DNA of 64,000 nucleotides from Eledone cirrhosa (Eukaryota). Positions 25,601-37,700 of the stretch are shown here, in pieces. The DNA lies in the NCBI GenBank assembly GCA_964016885.1, contig OZ024740.1, forward strand, positions 422,158,001 through 422,222,000, in the 5' to 3' direction. A program made the translations under genes and the position numbers. The notes below the pieces were generated by a model. That model made no database searches, was not told the DNA's origin, and saw only the letters and a list, made by a program, of their open reading frames with translations. Each line of letters starts with the position of its first letter. Position 1 is the first letter of the stretch.

Positions 25601-28600
25601 AATTTTGTAAGAGTTACTGCTTCAATATCTGCCCTAAAGTAGCAGGTTTCTACTTCAGAGTTGTTTTGTAAGAATTACTGTCTCAATATCTGCCCTAAGG
25701 TAGCAGGTTTCTAGTTCAGTGTGGTTTTGTAAGAGTTACTGTCTCAATATCTGCCCTGAGACAGCAGGTTTCCAGTTCAGTGTTGTTTTATGAGAGTTAC
25801 TGCCTCAATATCTGCCCTAAGGAAGAAGGTTTCTAGTTCAGTGTTGTTATGTAAGAGTTACTGCATCAATATCTGCCCTAACGTAGCAGGTTTCTACTTC
25901 AGTGTTGTTTTGTAAGAGTTACTGCCTCAATGTCTGCCCTAAGGTAGCAGGTTTCTAGTTCAGTGTAATTTTGTAAGAGTTACTGCCTCAATATCTGCCC
26001 TAAGGTAGCAGGTTTCTAGTTCAGTGTTATTTTGTAAGAGTTACTGACTCATTATCTGCCCTAAGGTAGCAGGTTTCTAGTTCAGTGTAATTTTGTAAGA
26101 GTTACTGTCTCAATATCTGCCCTAAGGTAGCAGGTTTCTAGTTCAGTGTTGTTTTGTAAGAGTTACTGACTCATTATCTGCCCTAAGGTAGCAGGTTTCT
26201 AGTTCAGTGTAGTTTTGTAAGAGTTACTGTCTCAATATCTGCCCTAAGGTAGCAGGTTTCTAGTTCAGTGTAATTTTGTAAGAGTTACTGCTTCAATATC
26301 TGCCCTAAAGTAGCAGGTTTCTACTTCAGAGTTGTTTTGTAAGAATTACTGTCTCAATATCTGCCCTAAGGTAGCAGGTTTCTACTTCAGTGTTGTTTTG
26401 TAAGAGTTACTGCATCAATATCTGCCCTAAGACAGCAGGTTTCTAGTTCAGTGTTGTTTTATGAGAGTTACTGTCTCAATATCTGCCCTAAGGTAGCAGG
26501 TTTCTCGTTCAGTGTAATTTTGTAAGAGTTACTGCATCAATATCTGTCCTAAGGTAGCAGGTTTCTAGTTCAGAGTAATTTTGTAAGAGTTACTGCCTCA
26601 ATATCTGCCCTAAGGTAGCAGGTTTCTAGTTCAGTGTTGTTTTGTAAGAGTTACTGCCTCAATATCTGCCCTAAGGTAGCAGGTTTCTAGTTCAGTGTAA
26701 TTTTGTAAGAGTTACTGCCTCAATATCTGCCCTAACGTAGCAGGTTTCTAGTTCAGTGTTGTTTTGTAAGAGTTACTGCCTCAATATTTGCCATAAGGTA
26801 GCAGGTTTCTAGTTCACTGTTGTTTTGTAAGAGTTATTGTCCCAATATCTGCCCTAAGACAGCAGGTTTCTAGTTCAGTGTTGTTATGTAAGAGTTATTG
26901 CATCAATATCTGCCCTAACGTAGCAGGTTTCTACTTCAGTGTTGTTTAGTAAGAGTTATTGTCTCAATATCTGCCCTAAGGCAGCAGGTTTCTAGTTCAG
27001 TGTTGTTATGTAAGAGTTACTGCATCAATATCTGCCCTAAGGTAGCAGGTTTCTAGTTCACTGTAATTTTGTAAGAGTTACTGCCTCAATATCTGCCCTA
27101 AGGTAGCAGGTTTCTAGTTCAGTGTGGTTTTGTAAGAGTTACTGTCTCAATATTTGCCATAATGTAGCAGGTTTCTAGTTCAGTGTTGTTTTGTAAGTGT
27201 TACTGCCTCAATATCTGCCCTAATGTAGCAGGTTTCTAGTTCAGTGTTGTTTTGTAAGAGTTACTGCCTCAATATCTGCCCTAACGTAGCAGGTTTCTAG
27301 TTCAGTGTTGTTTTGTTATAGTTACTGCCTCAATATCTGCCCTAAGGTAGCAGGTTTCTAGTCAGTGTTGCTTTGTAAGAGTTACTGCCTCAATATCTGC
27401 CCTACGGTATCAGGTTTCTACTTCAGTGTAGTTTTGTAAGAGTTACTGTCCCAATATCTGCCCGAAGGTAGCAGGTTTCTAGTTTAGTGTAATTTTGTAA
27501 GAGTTACTGCATCAATATCTGCCCTAAGACAGCAGGTTTCTATTTCACTGTAATTTTGTAAGAGTTACTGTCTCAATATCTGCCCTAAGGTAGCAGGTTT
27601 CTAGTTCAGTGTAATTTTGTAAGAGTTACTGCTTCAATATCTGCCCTAAAGTAGCAGGTTTCTACTTCAGAGTTGTTTTGTAAGAATTACTGTCTCAATA
27701 TCTGCCCTAAGGTAGCAGGTTTCTAGTTCAGTGTGGTTTTGTAAGAGTTACTGTCTCAATATCTGCCCTGAGACAGCAGGTTTCCAGTTCAGTGTTGTTT
27801 TATGAGAGTTACTGCCTCAATATCTGCCCTAAGGAAGAAGGTTTCTAGTTCAGTGTTGTTATGTAAGAGTTACTGCATCAATATCTGCCCTAACGTAGCA
27901 GGTTTCTACTTCAGTGTTGTTTTGTAAGAGTTACTGCATCAATATCTGCCCTAAGACAGCAGGTTTCTAGTTCAGTGTTGTTTTATGAGAGTTACTGTCT
28001 CAATATCTGCCCTAAGGTAGCAGGTTTCTCGTTCAGTGTAATTTTGTAAGAGTTACTGCATCAATATCTGTCCTAAGGTAGCAGGTTTCTAGTTCAGAGT
28101 AATTTTGTAAGAGTTACTGCCTCAATATCTGCCCTAAGGTAGCAGGTTTCTAGTTCAGTGTTGTTTTGTAAGAGTTACTGCCTCAATATCTGCCCTAAGG
28201 TAGCAGGTTTCTAGTTCAGTGTAATTTTGTAAGAGTTACTGCCTCAATATCTGCCCTAACGTAGCAGGTTTCTAGTTCAGTGTTGTTTTGTAAGAGTTAC
28301 TGCCTCAATATTTGCCATAAGGTAGCAGGTTTCTAGTTCACTGTTGTTTTGTAAGAGTTATTGTCCCAATATCTGCCCTAAGACAGCAGGTTTCTAGTTC
28401 AGTGTTGTTATGTAAGAGTTATTGCATCAATATCTGCCCTAACGTAGCAGGTTTCTACTTCAGTGTTGTTTAGTAAGAGTTATTGTCTCAATATCTGCCC
28501 TAAGGCAGCAGGTTTCTAGTTCAGTGTTGTTATGTAAGAGTTACTGCATCAATATCTGCCCTAAGGTAGCAGGTTTCTAGTTCACTGTAATTTTGTAAGA

Positions 28601-31600
28601 GTTACTGCCTCAATATCTGCCCTAAGGTAGCAGGTTTCTAGTTCAGTGTGGTTTTGTAAGAGTTACTGTCTCAATATTTGCCATAATGTAGCAGGTTTCT
28701 ACTTCAGTGTTGTTTTGTAAGTGTTACTGCCTCAATATCTGCCCTAATGTAGCAGGTTTCTAGTTCAGTGTTGTTTTGTAAGAGTTACTGCCTCAATATC
28801 TGCCCTAACGTAGCAGGTTTCTAGTTCAGTGTTGTTTTGTTATAGTTACTGCCTCAATATCTGCCCTAAGGTAGCAGGTTTCTAGTCAGTGTTGCTTTGT
28901 AAGAGTTACTGCCTCAATATCTGCCCTACGGTATCAGGTTTCTACTTCAGTGTAGTTTTGTAAGAGTTACTGTCCCAATATCTGCCCGAAGGTAGCAGGT
29001 TTCTAGTTTAGTGTAATTTTGTAAGAGTTACTGCATCAATATCTGCCCTAAGACAGCAGGTTTCTATTTCACTGTAATTTTGTAAGAGTTACTGTCTCAA
29101 TATCTGCCCTAAGGTAGCAGGTTTCTAGTTCAGTGTAATTTTGTAAGAGTTACTGCTTCAATATCTGCCCTAAAGTAGCAGGTTTCTACTTCAGAGTTGT
29201 TTTGTAAGAATTACTGTCTCAATATCTGCCCTAAGGTAGCAGGTTTCTAGTTCAGTGTGGTTTTGTAAGAGTTACTGTCTCAATATCTGCCCTGAGACAG
29301 CAGGTTTCTAGTTCAGTGTTGTTTTATGAGAGTTACTGCCTCAATATCTGCCCTAAGGAAGAAGGTTTCTAGTTCAGTGTTGTTATGTAAGAGTTACTGC
29401 ATCAATATCTGCCCTAACGTAGCAGGTTTCTACTTCAGTGTTGTTTTGTAAGAGTTACTGCCTCAATGTCTGCCCTAAGGTAGCAGGTTTCTAGTTCAGT
29501 GTAATTTTGTAAGAGTTACTATCTCAATATCTGCCCTAAGGTAGCAGGTTTCTAGTTCAGTGTAATTTTGTAAGAGTTACTGCCTCAACATCTGCCCTAA
29601 GGTAGCAGGTTTCTAGTTCAGTGTTATTTTGTAAGAGTTACTGACTCATTATCTGCCCTAAGGTAGCAGGTTTCTAGTTTAGTGTTGTTATGTAAGAGTT
29701 ACTATCTCAATACCTGCCCTAAGGTGGAAGGTTTCTAGTTCAGTGTAATTTTGTAAGAGTTACTGCCTCAATATCTGCCCTAAGCTAGCAGGTTTCTAGT
29801 TCAGTGTAATTTTGTAAGAGTTACTGCCTCAATATCTGCCCTAAGGTAGCAGATTTCTAGTTCAGTGTTGTTTTGTAAGAGTTACTGACTCATTATCTGC
29901 CCTAAGGTAGCAGGTTTCTACTTCAGAGTTGTTTTGTAAGAATTACTGTCTCAATATCTGCCCTAAGGTAGCAGGTTTCTAGTTCAGTGTGGTTTTGTAA
30001 GAGTTACTGTCTCAATATCTGCCCTGAGACAGCAGGTTTCTAGTTCAGTGTTGTTTTATGAGAGTTACTGCCTCAATATCTGCCCTAAGGTAGCAGGTTT
30101 CTAGTTCAGTGTTGTTTTGTAACAGTTACTGTCTCAATATCTGCCCTAAGACAGCAGGTTTCTAGTTCAGTGTTGTTTTTTGAGACTTACTGTCCCAATA
30201 TCTGCCCTAAGGTAGCAGGTTTCTCGTTCAGTGTTGTTATGTAAGAGTTACTGCATCAATATCTGCCCTAAGGTAGCAGGTTTCTAGTTCAGTGTAATTT
30301 TGTAACAGTTACTGCCTCAATATCTGCCCTAAGGTAGAAGGCTTCTAGTTCAATGTAATTTTGTAAGAGTTACTGCCTCAATATCTGCCCTAAGGTAGCA
30401 GGTTTCTAGTTCAGTGTTGTTTTGTAAGAGTTACTGACCCATTATCTGCCCTAAGGTAGCAGGTTTCTAGTTCAGTGTAGTTTTGTAAGAGTTACTGTCT
30501 CAATATCTGCCCTAAGGTAGCAAGTTTCTAGTTCAGTGTAATTTTGTAAGAGTTACTGCTTCAATATCTGCCCTAAAGTAGCAGGTTTCTACTTCAGAGT
30601 TGTTTTGTAAGAATTACTGTCTCAATATCTGCCCTAACGTAGCAGGTTTCTACTTCAGTGTTGTTTTGTAAGAGTTACTGCCTCAATGTCTGCCCTAAGG
30701 TAGCAGGTTTCTAGTTCAGTGTAATTTTGTAAGAGTTACTGCCTCAATATCTGCCCTAAGGTAGCAGGTTTCTAGTTCAGTGTTATTTTGTAAGAGTTAC
30801 TGACTCATTATCTGCCCTAAGGTAGCAGGTTTCTAGTTCAGTGTAATTTTGTAAGAGTTACTGTCTCAATATCTGCCCTAAGGTAGCAGGTTTCTAGTTC
30901 AGTGTTGTTTTGTAAGAGTTACTGCATCAATATCTGCCCTGAGACAGCAGGTTTCCAGTTCAGTGTTGTTTTATGAGAGTTACTGCCTCAATATCTGCCC
31001 TAAGGAAGAAGGTTTCTAGTTCAGTGTTGTTATGTAAGAGTTACTGCATCAATATCTGCCCTAAGGTAGCAGGTTTCTAGTTCAGTGTAGTTTTGTAAGA
31101 GTTACTGTCTCAATATCTGCCCTAAGGTAGCAGGTTTCTAGTTCAGTGTAATTTTGTAAGAGTTACTGCTTCAATATCTGCCCTAAAGTAGCAGGTTTCT
31201 ACTTCAGAGTTGTTTTGTAAGAATTACTGTCTCAATATCTGCCCTAAGGTAGCAGGTTTCTACTTCAGTGTTGTTTTGTAAGAGTTACTGCATCAATATC
31301 TGCCCTAAGACAGCAGGTTTCTAGTTCAGTGTTGTTTTATGAGAGTTACTGTCTCAATATCTGCCCTAAGGTAGCAGGTTTCTCGTTCAGTGTAATTTTG
31401 TAAGAGTTACTGCATCAATATCTGTCCTAAGGTAGCAGGTTTCTAGTTCAGAGTAATTTTGTAAGAGTTACTGCCTCAATATCTGCCCTAAGGTAGCAGG
31501 TTTCTAGTTCAGTGTTGTTTTGTAAGAGTTACTGCCTCAATATCTGCCCTAAGGCAGCAGGTTTCTAGTTCAGTGTTGTTATGTAAGAGTTACTGCATCA

Positions 31601-34600
31601 ATATCTGCCCTAAGGTAGCAGGTTTCTAGTTCACTGTAATTTTGTAAGAGTTACTGCCTCAATATCTGCCCTAAGGTAGCAGGTTTCTAGTTCAGTGTGG
31701 TTTTGTAAGAGTTACTGTCTCAATATTTGCCATAATGTAGCAGGTTTCTAGTTCAGTGTTGTTTTGTAAGTGTTACTGCCTCAATATCTGCCCTAATGTA
31801 GCAGGTTTCTAGTTCAGTGTTGTTTTGTAAGAGTTACTGCCTCAATATCTGCCCTAACGTAGCAGGTTTCTAGTTCAGTGTTGTTTTGTTATAGTTACTG
31901 CCTCAATATCTGCCCTAAGGTAGCAGGTTTCTAGTCAGTGTTGCTTTGTAAGAGTTACTGCCTCAATATCTGCCATAAGGTAGCAGGTTTCTAGTTCACT
32001 GTTGTTTTGTAAGAGTTATTGTCCCAATATCTGCCCTAAGACAGCAGGTTTCTAGTTCAGTGTTGTTATGTAAGAGTTATTGCATCAATATCTGCCCTAA
32101 CGTAGCAGGTTTCTACTTCAGTGTTGTTTAGTAAGAGTTACTGTCTCAATATCTGCCCTAAGGCAGCAGGTTTCTAGTTCAGTGTTGTTATGTAAGAGTT
32201 ACTGCATCAATATCTGCCCTAAGGTAGCAGGTTTCTAGTTCACTGTAATTTTGTAAGAGTTACTGCCTCAATATCTGCCCTAAGGTAGCAGGTTTCTAGT
32301 TCAGTGTGGTTTTGTAAGAGTTACTGTCTCAATATTTGCCATAATGTAGCAGGTTTCTAGTTCAGTGTTGTTTTGTAAGTGTTACTGCCTCAATATCTGC
32401 CCTAATGTAGCAGGTTTCTAGTTCAGTGTTGTTTTGTAAGAGTTACTGCCTCAATATCTGCCCTAACGTAGCAGGTTTCTAGTTCAGTGTTGTTTTGTTA
32501 TAGTTACTGCCTCAATATCTGCCCTAAGGTAGCAGGTTTCTAGTCAGTGTTGCTTTGTAAGAGTTACTGCCTCAATATCTGCCCTACGGTATCAGGTTTC
32601 TACTTCAGTGTAGTTTTGTAAGAGTTACTGTCCCAATATCTGCCCGAAGGTAGCAGGTTTCTAGTTTAGTGTAATTTTGTAAGAGTTACTGCATCAATAT
32701 CTGCCCTAAGACAGCAGGTTTCTATTTCACTGTAATTTTGTAAGAGTTACTGTCTCAATATCTGCCCTAAGGTAGAAGGTTTCTAGTTCAATGTAATTTT
32801 GTAAGAGTTACTGCCTCAATATCTGCCCTAAGGTAGCAGGTTTCTAGTTCAGTGTTGTTTTGTTATAGTTACTGCCTCAATATCTGCCCTAAGGTAGCAG
32901 GTTTCTAGTCAGTGTTGCTTTGTAAGAGTTACTGCCTCAATATCTGCCCTAAGGTAGCAGGTTTCTAGTTCAGTGTGGTTTTGTAAGAGTTACTGTCTCA
33001 ATATCTGCCCTGAGACAGCAGGTTTCCAGTTCAGTGTAATTTTGTAAGAGTTACTGCCTCAATATCTGCCCTAAGCTAGCAGGTTTCTAGTTCAGTGTAA
33101 TTTTGTAAGAGTTACTGCCTCAATATCTGCCCTAAGGTAGCAGATTTCTAGTTCAGTGTTGTTTTGTAAGAGTTACTGACTCATTATCTGCCCTAAGGTA
33201 GCAGGTTTCTAGTTCAGTGTAGTTTTGTAAGAGTTACTGTCTCAATATCTGCCCTAAGGTAGCAGGTTTCTAGTTCAGTGTAATTTTGTAAGAGTTACTG
33301 CTTCAATATCTGCCCTAAAGTAGCAGGTTTCTACTTCAGAGTTGTTTTGTAAGAATTACTGTCTCAATATCTGCCCTAAGGTAGCAGGTTTCTAGTTCAG
33401 TGTGGTTTTGTAAGAGTTACTGTCTCAATATCTGCCCTGAGACAGCAGGTTTCTAGTTCAGTGTTGTTTTATGAGAGTTACTGCCTCAATATCTGCCCTA
33501 AGGTAGCAGGTTTCTAGTTCAGTGTTGTTTTGTAACAGTTACTGTCTCAATATCTGCCCTAAGACAGCAGGTTTCTAGTTCAGTGTTGTTTTTTGAGACT
33601 TACTGTCCCAATATCTGCCCTAAGGTAGCAGGTTTCTCGTTCAGTGTTGTTATGTAAGAGTTACTGCATCAATATCTGCCCTAAGGTAGCAGGTTTCTAG
33701 TTCAGTGTAATTTTGTAACAGTTACTGCCTCAATATCTGCCCTAAGGTAGAAGGCTTCTAGTTCAATGTAATTTTGTAAGAGTTACTGCCTCAATATCTG
33801 CCCTAAGGTAGCAGGTTTCTAGTTCAGTGTAATTTTGTAAGAGTTACTGTCTCAATATCTGCCCTAAGGTAGCAGGTTTCTAGTTCAGTGTTGTTTTGTA
33901 AGAGTTACTGACCCATTATCTGCCCTAAGGTAGCAGGTTTCTAGTTCAGTGTAGTTTTGTAAGAGTTACTGTCTCAATATCTGCCCTAAGGTAGCAGGTT
34001 TCTAGTTCAGTGTAATTTTGTAAGAGTTACTGCTTCAATATCTGCCCTAAAGTAGCAGGTTTCTACTTCAGAGTTGTTTTGTAAGAATTACTGTCTCAAT
34101 ATCTGCCCTAAGGTAGCAGGTTTCTAGTTCAGTGTGGTTTTGTAAGAGTTACTGCCTCAATATCTGCCCTAAGGTAGCAGGTTTCTAGTTCAGTGTTGTT
34201 TTGTAAGAGTTACTGACTCATTATCTGCCCTAAGGTAGCAGGTTTCTAGTTCAGTGTAGTTTTGTAAGAGTTACTGTCTCAATATCTGCCCTAAGGTAGC
34301 AGGTTTCTAGTTCAGTGTAATTTTGTAAGAGTTACTGCTTCAATATCTGCCCTAAAGTAGCAGGTTTCTACTTCAGAGTTGTTTTGTAAGAATTACTGTC
34401 TCAATATCTGCCCTAAGGTAGCAGGTTTCTAGTTCAGTGTGGTTTTGTAAGAGTTACTGTCTCAATATCTGCCCTGAGACAGAAGGTTTCTAGTTCAGTG
34501 TTGTTTTTTGAGACTTACTGTCCCAATATCTGCCCTAAAGTAGCAGGTTTCTCGTTCAGTGTTGTTATGTAAGAGTTACTGCATCAATATCTGCCCTAAG

Positions 34601-34791
34601 GTAGCAGGTTTCTAGTTCAGTGTAATTTTGTAACAGTTACTGCCTCAATATCTGCCCTAATGTAGAAGGTTTCTAGTTCAATGTAATTTTGTAAGAGTTA
34701 CTGCCTCAATATCTGCCCTAAGGTAGCAGGTTTCTAGTTCAGTGTAATTTTGTAAGAGTTACTGTCTCAATATCTGCCCTAAGGTAGCAGG

Positions 34792-37700
34792 TTTCTAGTT
34801 CAGTGTTGTTTTGTAAGAGTTACTGACTCATTATCTGCCCTAAGGTAGCAGGTTTCTAGTTCAGTGTAGTTTTGTAAGAGTTACTGTCTCAATATCTGCC
34901 CTAAGGTAGCAGGTTTCTAGTTCAGTGTAATTTTGTAAGAGTTACTGCTTCAATATCTGCCCTAAAGTAGCAGGTTTCTACTTCAGAGTTGTTTTGTAAG
35001 AATTACTGTCTCAATATCTGCCCTAAGGTAGCAGGTTTCTAGTTCAGTGTGGTTTTGTAAGAGTTACTGTCTCAATATCTGCCCTAAGACAGCAGGTTTC
35101 CAGTTCAGTGTTGTTTTATGAGAGTTACTGCCTCAATATCTGCCCTAAGGAAGAAGGTTTCTAGTTCAGTGTAATTTTGTAAGAGTTACTGCCTCAATAT
35201 CTGTCCTAAGGTAGCAGGTTTCTAGTTCAGAGTAATTTTGTAAGAGTTACTGCCTCAATATCTGCCCTAAGGTAGCAGGTTTCTAGTTCAGTGTTGTTTT
35301 GTAAGAGTTACTGCCTCAATATCTGCCCTAACGTAGCAGGTTTCTACTTCAGTGTTGTTTTGTAAGAGTTACTGCCTCAATGTCTGCCCTAAGGTAGCAG
35401 GTTTCTAGTTCAGTGTAATTTTGTAAGAGTTACTATCTCAATATCTGCCCTAAGGTAGCAGGTTTCTAGTTCAGTGTAATTTTGTAAGAGTTACTGCCTC
35501 AATATCTGCCCTAAGGTAGCAGGTTTCTAGTTCAGTGTTATTTTGTAAGAGTTACTGACTCATTATCTGCCCTAAGGTAGCAGGTTTCTAGTTCAGTGTA
35601 ATTTTGTAAGAGTTACTGTCTCAATATCTGCTCTAAGGTAGCAGGTTTCTAGTTCAGTGTTGTTTTGTAAGAGTTACTGACTCATTATCTGCCCTAAGGT
35701 AGCAGGTTTCTAGTTCAGTGTAGTTTTGTAAGAGTTACTGTCTCAATATCTGCCCTAAGGTAGCAGGTTTCTAGTTCAGTGTAATTTTGTAAGAGTTACT
35801 GCTTCAATATCTGCCCTAAAGTAGCAGGTTTCTACTTCAGAGTTGTTTTGTAAGAATTACTGTCTCAATATCTGCCCTAAGGTAGCAGGTTTCTACTTCA
35901 GTGTTGTTTTGTAAGAGTTACTGCATCAATATCTGCCCTAAGACAGCAGGTTTCTAGTTCAGTGTTGTTTTATGAGAGTTACTGTCTCAATATCTGCCCT
36001 AAGGTAGCAGGTTTCTCGTTTAGTGTAATTTTGTAAGAGTTACTGCATCAATATCTGTCCTAAGGTAGCAGGTTTCTAGTTCAGAGTAATTTTGTAAGAG
36101 TTACTGCCTCAATATCTGCCCTAAGGTAGCAGGTTTCTAGTTCAGTGTTGTTTTGTAAGAGTTACTGCCTCAATATCTGCCCTAAGGTAGCAGGTTTCTA
36201 GTTCAGTGTAATTTTGTAAGAGTTACTGCCTCAATATCTGCCCTAACGTAGCAGGATTCTAGTTCAGTGTTGTTTTGTAAGAGTTACTGCCTCAATATTT
36301 GCCATAAGGTAGCAGGTTTCTAGTTCACTGTTGTTTTGTAAGAGTTATTGTCCCAATATCTGCCCTAAGACAGCAGGTTTCTAGTTCAGTGTTGTTATGT
36401 AAGAGTTATTGCATCAATATCTGCCCTAACGTAGCAGGTTTCTACTTCAGTGTTGTTTAGTAAGAGTTATTGTCTCAATATCTGCCCTAAGGCAGCAGGT
36501 TTCTAGTTCAGTGTTGTTATGTAAGAGTTACTGCATCAATATCTGCCCTAAGGTAGCAGGTTTCTAGTTCACTGTAATTTTGTAAGAGTTACTGCATCAA
36601 TATCTGCCCTAAGGTAGCAGGTTTCTAGTTCAGTGTGGTTTTGTAAGAGTTACTGTCTCAATATTTGCCATAATGTAGCAGGTTTCTAGTTCAGTGTTGT
36701 TTTGTAAGTGTTACTGCCTCAATATCTGCCCTAATGTAGCAGGTTTCTAGTTCAGTGTTGTTTTGTAAGAGTTACTGCCTCAATATCTGCCCTAACGTAG
36801 CAGGTTTCTAGGTCAGTGTTGTTTTGTTATAGTTACTGCCTCAATATCTGCCCTAAGGTAGCAGGTTTCTAGTCAGTGTTGCTTTGTAAGAGTTACTGCC
36901 TCAATATCTGCCCTACGGTATCAGGTTTCTACTTCAGTGTAGTTTTGTAAGAGTTACTGTCCCAATATCTGCCCGAAGGTAGCAGGTTTCTAGTTTAGTG
37001 TAATTTTGTAAGAGTTACTGCATCAATATCTGCCCTAAGACAGCAGGTTTCTATTTCACTGTAATTTTGTAAGAGTTACTGTCTCAATATCTGCCCTAAG
37101 GTAGCAGGTTTCTAGTCAGTGTTGCTTTGTAAGAGTTACTGCCTCAATATCTGCCCTACGGTATCAGGTTTCTACTTCAGTGTAGTTTTGTAAGAGTTAC
37201 TGTCCCAATATCTGCCCGAAGGTAGCAGGTTTCTAGTTCAGTGTAATTTTGTAAGAGTTACTGCTTCAATATCTGCCCTAAAGTAGCAGGTTTCTACTTC
37301 AGAGTTGTTTTGTAAGAATTACTGTCTCAATATCTGCCCTAAGGTAGCAGGTTTCTAGTTCAGTGTGGTTTTGTAAGAGTTACTGTCTCAATATCTGCCC
37401 TGAGACAGCAGGTTTCCAGTTCAGTGTTGTTTTATGAGAGTTACTGCCTCAATATCTGCCCTAAGGAAGAAGGTTTCTAGTTCAGTGTTGTTATGTAAGA
37501 GTTACTGCATCAATATCTGCCCTAACGTAGCAGGTTTCTACTTCAGTGTTGTTTTGTAAGAGTTACTGCCTCAATGTCTGCCCTAAGGTAGCAGGTTTCT
37601 AGTTCAGTGTAATTTTGTAAGAGTTACTATCTCAATATCTGCCCTAAGGTAGCAGGTTTCTAGTTCAGTGTAATTTTGTAAGAGTTACTGCCTCAATATC

